Assembly (NCBI GenBank): GCA_964016885.1
Contig: OZ024746.1
Location: 13,206,001-13,270,000 of the forward strand
Direction of reading: 5' to 3'
Length of the DNA: 64,000 nt
From: Eledone cirrhosa
Taxonomy: Eukaryota
Positions within the stretch are counted from its first letter, which is position 1, and each line of letters opens with the position of its first letter. The notes under the pieces are model-generated. The model worked only from the letters and a program-made list of their open reading frames with translations, did no database searches and was not told where the DNA came from. Shown here piece after piece: positions 42,126 through 54,834 of this stretch. Position numbers and translations under genes: made by a program.

Positions 42126-42839
42126 CTGGAACAGAAATATGATAGATTTCAGCAAAGATATAATGGAATTATAAACATTTGTGTTAAACATTATTAGTTT
42201 TAAACCACAGCAATATTTGTTGGTAAATTTTGAAGAAGCAAAAACTTAAACAATAAACTTCAACCATCTCATCAAAAACTAGAAAATAGTTTGATTTCAT
42301 AGACAGCTTATAAACTAAACTTTTACTGAAATTCTACCATAAAAAAACTAGATTTCCCAGCATATTTACAAGCTCTGTTCATCTATAGCTGTGTATTTCC
42401 TACTATATAAAGATATACAATCATCACTTTACATGTTTCCATGATTGTAACACCAAAAAATATATATTTCATACATTATGTGCCTTAAACAACTTTCAGA
42501 AGATTGCTCTGAGAAATCTTCAATAAAGGTGCATGACTCAATAATAACGCTAAGCAAATTTCTATATTTATGGAGTTTATGTTCTACCTATCTGTAACTA
42601 AATCCTTTCTAAAAGCTTTAGAATTCAGTGGAGATTTTATACCAGTTAGTGATTCTGACATTAATATTACTATGCAGACTGAGAAATATTTGCTATTTTA
42701 TGATATTTCTTTTTGAGTTAAACATTGTGGCCATATATTGTTTGATGTAGCTATGAAATTGTATGATATGGCTGAGATTTGTGAATTAATAGGATTGCAC
42801 ATCGTTAAATGACTATGAAGAGATTCTGTTCCACGATGT

Positions 42840-43080
42840 TCAGTCTTTACCTTAATAGACTATTAATTTTGCAAAATATGAATGGCTACACAATGGATGC
42901 TGTTAGAAAGGAGTTAATCAACATATTCAAAAAGTTAGATTTAAAGATAACAAACTGTAGATATGAATGTAAGCATAATTAATTTCTTAGATATAACTCT
43001 ACAGAAACTACCTTATATTAATATAAATTTGAGCCATCCCCCCAATAATTCTGAAAAAAAAAACTAGCTAATAACATTAG
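42840..43080 (+). mobile_element. Penelope-like retroelement remnant
   Basis: Frameshifted KELINIFKKLDLKIT...INFLDITL...SHPP motifs. Confidence 0.5.
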
Positions 43081-43332
43081 TGAGTGGAAACTTCTTTATA
43101 ATGACAGTTCCTATCTACCCAATTTTACTGACATGGCATTGGTTGACCCAAGGCTAAATGATACTTGCCCAAGATACCATTTGGTGGGATTGAACCCAGG
43201 AGTTAATGATTGTGAGACAAACTTCTTAACTAAGTTACATCTACAGTAAATTTATATTTGTAAAATAATGTTGAAAACAAATAATGTGAGGACATGTTAA
43301 AAGAGCATGCAAATGAGCCATGAGATACCTAC

Positions 43333-43359
43333 CAAAGTCAATTGGAGGTGGTAGATCTT
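43333..43359 (-). CDS. 27-nt microexon, type A, (E)DLPPPIDF
   Basis: gattag|...|gtaggta, phase 1-1, UGCAUG at +22. Confidence 0.78.
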
Positions 43360-43952
43360 CTAATCATGTAAAATAAAAGTCAAAGATGTAAATATATTTG
43401 ATTTAAATAAATACTGTTAATATATTACACAGCTATTAATTCAGTATTGGAACATATACTAAACTTTAGGTTATATGCTGAACCAATAAAAACACACACA
43501 AAAGAGGTTTTATTGACAGCACAACAATCAGTAAATTACAATATTATAAAGTATGAAAATCAATTTCACTAAAAAAAGGAATTTATAATCCTTATTAATA
43601 AGATTATACATTATAAATATACCTTTTTGAAAGCCTTACAGTTTTGCCCAGGATTTTATAGTTAAATTAAAGTCTTTTCAAAATATTATTTATAATGAAT
43701 GGTGACATTTTAATAGTCAAACATCTGGCTTTTATTGAGTTCTAAATAACTTAAAGTAACCAAAAAACGAAACATTTCAGCTATTTTACTAAATCTCTTC
43801 AAATTCTAGATTATTATGAAAATTAATTGAAACATCGGCAGGAAATAATTAAAGTTGTCATCAGAAATACCAAATAATCAATGAAGTATTACAAATTGAC
43901 TCCTATATTAAATAGAATGATGAGAACTATGAGATAGGAGCTAGTTACCTAC

Positions 43953-43985
43953 CATCGATATCAATATCACTGATTGCTTCTTCAA
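43953..43985 (-). CDS. 33-nt microexon, type B, (V)EEAISDIDID
   Basis: ttccgttccag|...|gtaggta, phase 1-1. Confidence 0.8.
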
Positions 43986-44461
43986 CTGGAACGGAAATAT
44001 GACAGATTTCAGCAAAGATGTGGAATTATAAACATTTATGTTAAACATTATTAGTTTCAAACCACAAGAATAATTCTTGATTAATTTTGAGCAACACAAA
44101 GCTGAAGGAATTATTTTCAATCTCCTCATTAACTATGGAATAGGTTCAATAAGTAATAATTACGCTAAAGACTTACTTCAATTGCTACAGTACTACTAAG
44201 TATATGGTAAATAGTTATACACAAAAATAATTATAAAAACACTATATTTTTTCATTGATGTATTATTTATTTGACTTTGTTTTTCAAAAGTTTGTTTCTA
44301 TTTTTCAATTAAGTTCTGATTCTACTAGAAAATACTATTAATTCCTCAAACCTAATTTCTTTTAACAGGAAGTCTTAAAGGGCTTGACTTAATTTATTAA
44401 ACTTGTTTGAAATGTCTAAAAGTTTTAGATGATGCTTAAAGCAAGAATATGTATGTGCATG

Positions 44462-44492
<31 letters not shown>

Positions 44493-44698
44493 ACAGACAC
44501 ATTTCAAACAGACATTATCCAACTATTTATGAAAAGCTACAACAGAACAGGTTTTGAAGATATTTAAAGGTAGAACTTCCCATTTAAAATGTTATGGAGA
44601 AGACAAGATTTTCTTTTATAACAAGTTAAATGACTATATGTAATAAAGAACACAGAGAAATGTTAAAACATCATGCAAATCAGCCATAAGGTACCTAC

Positions 44699-44725
44699 CC
44701 ACTCCAACAGGGGGTGGTAAGTCTT
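44699..44725 (-). CDS. 27-nt microexon, type A, (E)DLPPPVGV
   Basis: taatag|...|gtaggta. Differs from the 40568 copy by one synonymous change (CCA/CCT). Confidence 0.78.
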
Positions 44726-45199
44726 CTATTAATGTAAAACAAAAATACAGTAAATAACAGTGATATTTTAAGGAATGTATAATATATCAACATTTCATAA
44801 TATATATCAATATATCAATGTTAACAACATTTTGATATTGAAAGAGACACAAGAAATTAGTGTTTGGCTATTAGAAACGCATAATATATAAATGTATTTT
44901 ATTAATGGCAGATCAATTAATAAGATACTGTTATAGTGATATAAAAGCAAACTAAACTACTTTGATACAATTTCTTATCTTTCTGCCAACGCATTTCTCT
45001 GGAATTTCCTTTCCATCCATATCTATCCTTTAACAATTCAAGCTGAACTTCAATATTATTGGGTTTGATCCCAGAGAGTCTCTGGTCTCTACACAATCAT
45101 ATGTTTAAGGAGATTGTACATGTGATAAGTACAGCAAAAGTAAACCTGTAGCAAGAGAATCTCCAAAATTCTATATGGTAGGAGGCAGCAAATCATAGT

Positions 45200-45440
45200 C
45201 AGGAACAGTTATGCCATGCAGGGCACAAGAAACAAGTCTTCTGTGTGTTGCAGATGACTGGGAGTGTACAGCAGACCTCTCAGGATTGACAAAATTTGAA
45301 ATCATCAGGAAGAGTAACTTGAGGCCGGACATCATACTCCATTCCAGTTCATCAAAACAGCTGACTTTCATTGAACTCACTGTGCCATTGGAAAGTAGAA
45401 TAAAAGAAGCAGACATGTTCAAGACCGAAAATATCTAAAT
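45200..45440 (+). mobile_element. Non-LTR retroelement restriction-like endonuclease fragment
   Basis: LRPDIILHS...QLTFIELTVPLE is a PD..(D/E) REL-type motif. Confidence 0.7.
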
Positions 45441-45978
45441 ATCAGCAAAAGGGCACCCAGGAGACATGACCTGGATGTGGCCTGGCCCCCTTAGAGTGTA
45501 CAAAGTTGAGGGCTAAAACACTTGCTTGAAGAAGGGGTTCTCCTCTGAAGACCTTCTGCTCTCCAGCTCTCCTGAAAGTTTCTTGCTACTACAACGGATA
45601 TTCAGATTATTGTATATTTGATTTCTAAAGAGATCTGACAACAAAATCAGTGTATATAATTTGTTATGTAATAAATAAAAAAATTGTTAGTGGCCTAGAA
45701 GTTTCCAAGAAAAATTTAGTAAATTCTTTCTCTAAATTGAACAATGTTAATTAAAGAAAATAGACACTCCTCTCTCTCTCCTTTTGCCTCTTCCTTCTCC
45801 TAGTAAATATGGTTCCCTTTCTTCTTCCTCTCACTGTTACCACATTTCTTGTGATAAACATTACCCTCCCCACTCTCTCTCTTTCTCCAACAGTGTAACT
45901 TATGTTTGTACATAAGTAGATTATTTTTATAGATATTCAGCTACACAAAGGACAGATTATAAAATCCCACTTTCCAAA

Positions 45979-46153
45979 GCTATTAATACCCCTAAAGTGA
46001 ATAAGATGCTATTAATATCCCTAAAGTGAATAAGATGCTATTAATATCCCTAAAGTGAATAAGATGCTAGTAATATCCCTAAAGTGAATAAGATGCTAAT
46101 AATACCCCTAATGTGAATAAGATGCTAATAATACCCCTAATGTGAATAAGATG
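45979..46153. repeat. 29-bp tandem repeat, about 6 copies
   Basis: Unit GCTATTAATATCCCTAAAGTGAATAAGAT. Confidence 0.92.
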
Positions 46154-46199
46154 TAAAAGATGGATTTGAACAGAACTAACACAGCATCTAATTACATAC

Positions 46200-46232
46200 C
46201 ATCAATATCAGCACCATTGACCACTTCTTCAA
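46200..46232 (-). CDS. 33-nt microexon, type B, (V)EEVVNGADID
   Basis: tttctgttccag|...|gtatgt, phase 1-1. Confidence 0.78.
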
Positions 46233-47379
46233 CTGGAACAGAAATAGGATAGAATTCAACAAAAATACCACAAAAGACTTATCAGCTCAATAACAAACCA
46301 CAGCAGCATTTGTTGATTAATACCGGTTATTAAAAGCAACACACAGCAATCCAACAATTGATTGATATTAGTTGTATAAAGATATACCATTTATGGTAAT
46401 TTTGTGAAAATATATTTAGTATATAAAACATGTGCCATGTTATTAGATATATCTATAACATCCTTACATATGTAGAATGTCTTATAAATGTGAAACTAGA
46501 TGGTCAGAATAAAGGAACATCAATCAGAAAGCCTTAATGTAAAGTGTAACATCAATGTCAGAATATATATATCAACATATATGATGCAAGAGAAAAAAAA
46601 AACATTAGGCAGCCATGTACTGAGATTTCCATGATTGACAAAGAACAACTGTGAAAGCTATAAAAATATCAAAGATGCAGTACATAGAATGCTTACTAGT
46701 AACTTGTTTAGTAAGCACAATACTGTCATAAGGTAAATAATCTAAAGTTTCAACGATATTTGTAGATATGGCCTAGTACAGAAAAATGTTACTACCTCTA
46801 GTACAGAAGAGTGTTACTACCTCTAGTACAGAAGAGTGTTACTTATTACCTCTAGGACAGAAATAAAGGTTTTAGTTGAACTTCTGTCTGGAACTATGTA
46901 CAGACCCAGTAAAGAGGCACTGATGTCAATTGAAGATCAAATAAATCAAAAAGTAGTGTAAATATAGATATTGTAAATATAAACTCATTATGTTACTGAG
47001 AATGATTAAATTCATTAGCAATGAAACTTAACTTTGTTCAAATTAAAATAACAATATTTGAAAAAAGTTAATATGTTAGTTACAAATTAATGTAAAACTA
47101 AAACAAATAAAGAAGAAACACTTCATAGGATTTAAATAAAGGTATTTAGAAAGTGGATTAACTCACAAAATAAATTTATAAAATTAGTGGAGTGTATCAG
47201 AAACAAAGCAAACTTATTCCTATTTATAAAAAGATTTATTATGCTTACTCTCAAATTTGTTTTGGTTGTCTGTAGTTTAAGTTATAATAAATTTAATAAC
47301 CACCCAAATATTGCACTTATTTCATGAAAATAATCAAATCATCTGGTTCCTACAGCATCACAGCAACAGGCCACAATGC

Positions 47380-47830
47380 TCTTTCATCTTTCTCTGTCTT
47401 TGGCAAGGGTTAGAGCTTGAAACCTGTTGGTGCCACACCTGCATAGGTCATCTTTTAAGGTGGATCTCTAGGTCTTCTTTGGGCTACCCTTTCATCTTTT
47501 CCCACCAGCTGGCAACCATGACATTGGAGTTCTTGCTGGTATATTGTTCCACATTCGTAGGATATGTCCTGTCAGCTGCATTCTTCTGGTCTTGATGACA
47601 TGGTTTAGGTGTGTGGCATTGGTTCTTCAAAACACATCTTCATTTGTGATGTTGTCTTGCCATCTAATACCCAGGATCTTTAAAAGACATCTTTGTTGGA
47701 AAGTATCAAGCTGTTTTTCCGTTCTGACAGTACTCTTCCATGTGTCAACAGCATAGGTTGTTGAGTTAACAATTGACCGGAATAATCTCAATTTTGTTGT
47801 TTGTGATGTGGGCGTCTTTAATTGCCATAT
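47380..47830 (-). mobile_element. RTE LINE ORF2 3' fragment
   Basis: TKLRLFRSIV...YAVDTW...LDTFQQRCLLKILGIRWQDNITNEDV. Confidence 0.85.
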
Positions 47831-49436
47831 TATATACACACCAATACAGATCACTTTCTCCATACACGTTTAACAAGCAAGATAAATGCCTTCTCACTAC
47901 TAAGAAATACTCTCAGTTTTCTTCTATCCACTGTTTCTCCTGCACTAGGCTTTGATAACATTGAGATCAGGTTTATTCATCCTAATTTTATACCAATATG
48001 AAACTGAGAAACTGCAGATCACAGTAAATACTGGATTTCTCAGTTTCTTTTAACATTCGCACAGCAGGTGGGATTTATTTAGAACTAAGCAGCTTTCTCT
48101 ATTACCTGTTCTCACTGATGCACAACATGACAAACTCTTAAACATAAAATAGATCTCTCTCATGAGAGGGTGAAGCAGTTTAAGGCCCCAATGTTCATAG
48201 ACTACATTTCACTGACAATATAAATGTAAAATTGTAAAATAAAGGTTCCTTAACTCCTGATGTAGTCCTGAAACATGGCGTGTCTTGAGCATTTTAAACC
48301 TGGTAGAGCTCATCCCTCTCCAGGGCATAACACAGCTGATTTCTTCCAGAGAAAGAAAGCATAGGCCTCAGTACTAAACTGGTACTTTATTTATCAACCC
48401 TAAAAAGATGACAGGTAAAGTTGCATTTTTTTATCCGATGCTCTAATGACTATATATATATACATCTGTACAAATATGCACAGATATGCAACCATGAAAT
48501 AACTGCCAATAATCCAAGTCATTTGAACTATGTTAAAATATAGCAATTGAATATGTGATACTTTACTTATACAGCAATGAAAGTATAAAAATCGTTGAAG
48601 TATTATAACATCTACTCTCAGTGCATGAGCCAACAGTGGCCCAGGAAATATCTAAGTATTCTAGAAGAGCAATTAACTGAATTATTTAACATTATTTGGG
48701 ATTTTGTTTTCATTTGTAATGGTGAGGCTTGCTAATATGGAAATAATTGTTGTTACATGAATTCTAGTAACAATGTGGTGAAGGTTAGCAGAACATGCAA
48801 CTAAACCTAAACATTTACAACTGAATGTTTTCTTTGATGCCAACCAGAATATAATTTTATTCATGACATGATGTCATAGCTATATACTACAGATGAAGAG
48901 TTTTTGTTGTTTTTTACATATGCTTTATATCAGCAACATATTTCAAAATTTTATGCTTTTCATAAACATCCTGTATATTATTAAATATACAATATGTACA
49001 TTCATATGCATTTCGCTGTCAGAGCACCAATACAAATTTTTAATTTATGCCAGGCTGGCTACTGTTCCGTATGCAAATGAGTTTCATCAGCTCATAAACA
49101 TAAGCAGAATTCTATAAGAATACAGCTTAATTTAACTTCACCAAAAGTGGGGAGATATCTAGTCTTGATAACCACTAATAAATCAGAAACTGGCATCGTC
49201 GATTACTTTCTCCTATCTTTACTGAAGCTAGGTATGACGTCCCAACCTTAAAATTCATAGTAAAAGGCCTTCCAAATGTTCTTCATAAACATCCTGTATA
49301 TTATTAAATTGAATTGATACAATATTTACATGTTAAAATACCTAACATTATGACCTTAGAGGTTTTAGTAAGTGGGGTTACATGACTATAGAGATATTTC
49401 AAGAAATACCATGCAGAACAATCAACAGATACCTAC

Positions 49437-49466
49437 CCAAGAAACTGGGAGGTGGTAAATCATCAT
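49437..49466 (-). CDS. 30-nt microexon, type A, (D)DDLPPPSFL
   Basis: cttataaag|...|gtaggta, phase 1-1, UGCAUG at +22. Confidence 0.72.
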
Positions 49467-50127
49467 CTTTATAAGATAGAAGATATATATATGTATAATA
49501 TATATTATATATTGTAATGATGATATATATATGTATATATAGAGAGAAAGAGCCATATATAATAAAAGAAACATGGTATTCTTCTATAGAATATGTATTA
49601 GGTATACAATATACCGTGTTTCTTTTACGATATATGGCTCTTTCTCTCCCTATATAAACATATATCTTTTTATTTGGTTATTATGGCTCTAGATAAACTC
49701 TATTGAGCTTACGTATTGAGAAACACAAAATTCAAAACATATTTGATGTTTTGATTCATCCTTTGTATAATATATTATATATAATATATATATATACATA
49801 ACGAAGGAGTTGTGGTAAGGAACCAGATGGACCATAACGCACCAGAGTACTCAATACTTAGGGTAGTAGAGTGGGTAATAGGAGAAAGTAAGACCCCGAC
49901 GGCAGAGCTCAAGTCGTTTCAACGGCTATTTCTGGACGTCCAAACGGCTTGAGCTCTGCCGTCGGGGTCTTACTTTCTCCTATATATATATATACATACA
50001 TATATGTGAAGTATAATGCATGAACAAACAAAAAGAATAGTGGGGTGGGGGCTTGTGTGTGTGTTTCTATGGATTTCTGTATATCCAAGAACACAATACT
50101 GACTTTAAAAAGAGATTCTCACTATAA

Positions 50128-50298
50128 TTGTTTCTACTCTAGGCACAAGGCCAGCAATTACCCAGTGCATTACTGGTATTTTATTTTATCGACCCCGTAA
50201 GGATGAAAGGCAAAGTCAACCTCGGCGGGATTTGAACTCAGATCGTAAAGGGACGTAACTATGCTGGAAAGCATGGCGTCCGACCCTCTACCGATACT
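50128..50298 (-). mobile_element. tRNA-derived SINE, young copy
   Basis: Near-identical to 34698-34876. Confidence 0.85.
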
Positions 50299-50717
50299 CA
50301 CTATAATGATAGGTGATGGTTGTTGTAGTTGTTGTTGAGTGTTGTTGTACAGTGAAGGAGAGAAAGTGTGTTAAAGAAAGAGATAGATAGGGAGAGTTGT
50401 TTCCACACTGTGGTGGGGGGTGGGGGGGATTTTATGTACAAGTCTGTCAACATGTGTGTGTGTGTGTTTCTGTATGTCCTAAGGAACCCCACCCCACTGG
50501 CTACAACTGATAATAGTAATAGTTTCTGATTTAGGCACAAGGCCAGCAATTTTGAGAGAAAGGGAAAGTCGATTAAATTAACCCCCCAGTTTGTTACTGG
50601 TTATTTTTTTTTATTGACCTTATAAGGATGAAAGTCAAAGCTAACCCCAGTAGGATTTGATGATAATAATAATAATGATAATGATGATGATGATAAAAAA
50701 TATTTCACAATACCTAC

Positions 50718-50747
50718 CCTGAGAATAAAAAGTTTGTATTTCTTCCT
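50718..50747 (-). CDS. 30-nt microexon (E)EEIQTFYSQ
   Basis: ttttttgttcag|...|gtaggta, phase 1-1. Confidence 0.72.
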
Positions 50748-51164
50748 CTGAACAAAAAATAATAATTCCAATATCAACATATTATCAATGAAGAGATAAG
50801 TTTAGTAAAAATTACAAATTTTGAAATTTTTCCCACATTTCATTTATAACATTAAAAAACTTTGTTCCAAGAATGATGCACAATTACGTTATTTATTTCT
50901 CTGAGATAAATCAAATTCATTGAATTAATATTAATATATTTTGATATAAAAGATACATAAAAGCTTGTAAACATTAAAAAAATGTAAATGCTTATATATC
51001 AAATTTAGAATTATAGATTGTAAAATATACACATCCATATATTAATATTGCCCCAATGCCTTCCTTATCCAAACGGGTATAGGTTGGACAGACCACCTAC
51101 CCACATATATTATTTAGTTAATGGTTATTTCAAGTCCTGAATTACTTATAACATTTGAAATATA

Positions 51165-52032
51165 TAAGGTGTGTTACAAAAGTGACAGGACTTAGTGTGC
51201 TATGTGAACTATGATGGGGAAGGGATTAGCAGGTTGCATGACCATGTGATGTAATATACAAGGAGTATATAACTGTGATCTCAGCTCTCTGCAAGCCACT
51301 GTATGCTTTTTCATGTGCTTTTTTTTTAAAGCTGTTGAGTAATGGGCACAAAACAATGAACGAGCCTGAAGTTTCTGGTCTAGAACTGGGGAAAACTCCA
51401 TCAGAAGCACTCAAAATACTACATCAAGTGTACACAGATGAGATGATGTCATGCTCACAGGTTTTCAAATGACACAAAAGGTTCAAAGAGGGATGCGAGG
51501 ACATGGAAGATGACCCCAGAACCAGGAGACCTTCAATGAGTAGGACTGAGGCCAATGTTGAGCGCATGAGGCAAGTGGTGTGTAGCAATCATCCGCTGAC
51601 TGATGGTAAGTGAGCTGAGCATGAACCACAACAGCATTTGGAAGATTATAACCGAAGATTTGGGCATGCAGAAGATGGTGCCAAGTTGCTGAATGATGAT
51701 CAGAAGGAGTGCCGCATGCAGGTGTGTCAGGATATCTTCGAACATCTTGAAACCAAACCAGACTTGCTGGGAAGAGTCATCACCAGTGATGAGTCATGGG
51801 AACCCATTTTCTGGACATGGAAGTCATCAAGAGGTTGTGACAATGGCACTGCAGAGAATCCCAGGAGAATACTTCCAGTGGAGTATGGAGGTGTGGTGGA
51901 GAAGGATGGGAGGTGTGTTAGACTCGAGGGGGGGGGGGGGGGTTATTTCAAAGGGGGGAAACTAATTTATAGTTTGGATTTGAAATATTTCTTTGGCAAT
52001 CTCCATCCTGTTTCTTTTCTGACACAGCCCAT
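51165..52032 (+). mobile_element. Internally deleted mariner element
   Basis: GKTPSEALKILHQVY..EMMS.SQVFK*HKRFKEG.EDMEDDPR and RVITSDESW remnants, with degenerate TIRs. Confidence 0.8.
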
Positions 52033-53204
52033 ATATAGTTAAATGTCAAAATAGTTCCTACAAACATTGGGCAATATAAACATACACATGTACACAGGTC
52101 TAAATGTTCTGTTAGTTATTTAGATGGCAAATAGTAAAATATGGAATTGAAAGGGTTATGATAAAGAGGTGGCAAACCAGTAATTAAAGGAAATAAATTC
52201 TTTGGACATCAGTTATTGAAAAGACATAAAATATAATTTAATGAAATTGCCAGACTGATCAATTAACAAATATTAATGGATTAATAGCTTTCTCATAAAA
52301 ACATAAGTGAAAAGTGAACTAGAAAGGAATTACTAAGTTCAAAGAAATCTCAACATGGAATTGAAAACAATAAAACAAATTAAACTAAATTTAGATTAAC
52401 TCTTAACATCCTGTACCACATGAAACTGCATTATCAAGACATTCTTGAAAAGTACAAAAATTACTTTCCTGTAGTGAGTAAATACAGCAATATTCAACTA
52501 GCAAAAAGGTTCTATGTTAGGAAATATAAGAAGTTCAAATTAACATATTCTTACAATTACATCACTAATAGGAAATAATTGGGATGTAATTTTTAACATC
52601 CAGTTCTGCATGAAACCACATTAGCAAGACATTCTTGACTGCATTCAAGATTAAAGTCTTTAATCATCTAATACTGCAAATTTTCACAACAATCTGTCCA
52701 CTGGTAAAAATACTATAAACATTTTAATCAGCAAATCCATTTTTAGATGTTTTTTGCTAATTCATTTCAGGATGTCAAGAGTTCAAAAGATATGCAGATA
52801 ATTCTATATTTTGGTAAATACCATCTTTACTATTCTGAAGAAACTAACAATAAAATCCAATGAAAATACTTCCTATTTCCATTGGGATAATAGATACTAA
52901 CATTAACTTACTTTGATATATTCCAGGGATGTAAAGGGATGTAACTAACTACCACAAGGTGTTTTGTCAGATATTTTACAATCTCTCAATTAGATATTTT
53001 TATATTTTCTTATAGGACAAAAGATATGAAAAATAAGTTTGTTAGGTGTTAAATGCAAAAATTTCTCAAAAAACAAAAAACTGTTAAGTTATGAAATCAA
53101 AAAAGTAGTTATGCTAATAAATTATTTTAAATGTTTCATCTAACTTCCATTATCTAATTAATTCAAACGCATGCAGTTTCTCACCAACAAAATATCTACA
53201 TTGT

Positions 53205-54200
53205 ATACACTCTACATATATATATCTGAGCTTATATGCCACTCATTATATACACTGTACATGTATATCTGAGCTATATGCCACCCATTGTATATACTCT
53301 ACATATATATATCAGAGCTATATACCACACAATGTATATACACTACATATATATCAGAGTTACATACCACACAATGTATATACGCTACATATATATCAGA
53401 GCTATATACCACACAATGTATATACGCTACATATATATCAGAGTTACATACCACACAATGTATATACGCTACATATATATCAGAGTTACATACCACACAA
53501 TGTATATACGCTACATATATATCAGAGTTACATACCACACAATGTATATACACTACATATATATCAGAGTTACATACCACACAATGTATATACACTACAT
53601 ATATATCTGAGCTATATACCACCCATTATATACACTACATATATATCAGAGCTACATACCACACAATGTATATACGCTACATATATATCAGAGTTACATA
53701 CCACACAATGTATATACACTACATATATATCGGAGCAATATGCCACCCATTATATACACTACATATATATCAGAGTTACACACCACACAATGTATATACA
53801 CTACATATATATCGGAGCAATATGCCACCCATTATATACACTACATATATATCAGAGCTATATAACACACAATGTATATACGCTACATATATATCTGAGC
53901 TATATACCACCCATTATATACGCTACATATATATCAGAGCTATATAACACACAATGTATATACGCTACATATATATCTGAGCTATATACCACCCATTATA
54001 TACACTACATATATATCAGAGCTATATAACACACAATGTATATACGCTACATATATATCTGAGCTATATACCACCCATTATATACACTACATATATATCA
54101 GAGCTATATAACACACAATGTATATACGCTACATATATATATCTGAGCTATATACCACCCATTATATACACTACATATATATCTGAGCTATATGCCACAC
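53205..54200. repeat. About 40-42-bp minisatellite
   Basis: Unit ATATATATCAGAGTTACATACCACACAATGTATATACGCTAC and variants. Confidence 0.95.
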
Positions 54201-54834
54201 ATTCTTATTTAATTTGTAGTTTTCTTCTTCAATATATAACCAACTTTGTTAAACTGTAGTATATTATAAAGACTAACACTTCCAAAATAATCTTTCAAAA
54301 TGTATATCATCTGATATTGGTATTACTCAGTGAGTAAAAATAAACATATGTAGGTGTTTTGTTGGTGCCATTACAATTACTCATTGTCTACTTGATATCT
54401 TGAATTAATCTATGCAAGTTTTAACAGATGCTACTTTCTAAGACAATTTTGATGTAAAAGTGAATTTTAAACAAGAGATCAAATTATTAGAGTTTGGAGC
54501 CAAAATAAATGAGATAAAGTTCTCAGGCATGAAATTTAGTAAAATACAAAACAGTGTCTGTTTTGTAACGTTGCCCGACATAGTTAAGAATGACCATACA
54601 GTTAAAGTGTGAATCTAATAAATGGAACATCTTAATATTTAAGTCTTATTGCTGACATGAGTTGTCTAAGTGTAAATAGGTGTGTAGGTACAGAGTATAA
54701 TATTGAGTAAATGAGTTTCATTAGTTTGTAGTACTAAGTTGATTTTTTTTCTTACTGATATAGCTTGTGGTAGATTAACATCTTATCTGGAATAAGTTAT
54801 TTAAATTCAAGAAAATATGGGTAAAATGTAACAC

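Noticed and set aside
53236-54029. Tyr/Ile/Thr-rich repeat ORFs
   Set aside because: Translations of a 42-bp minisatellite.
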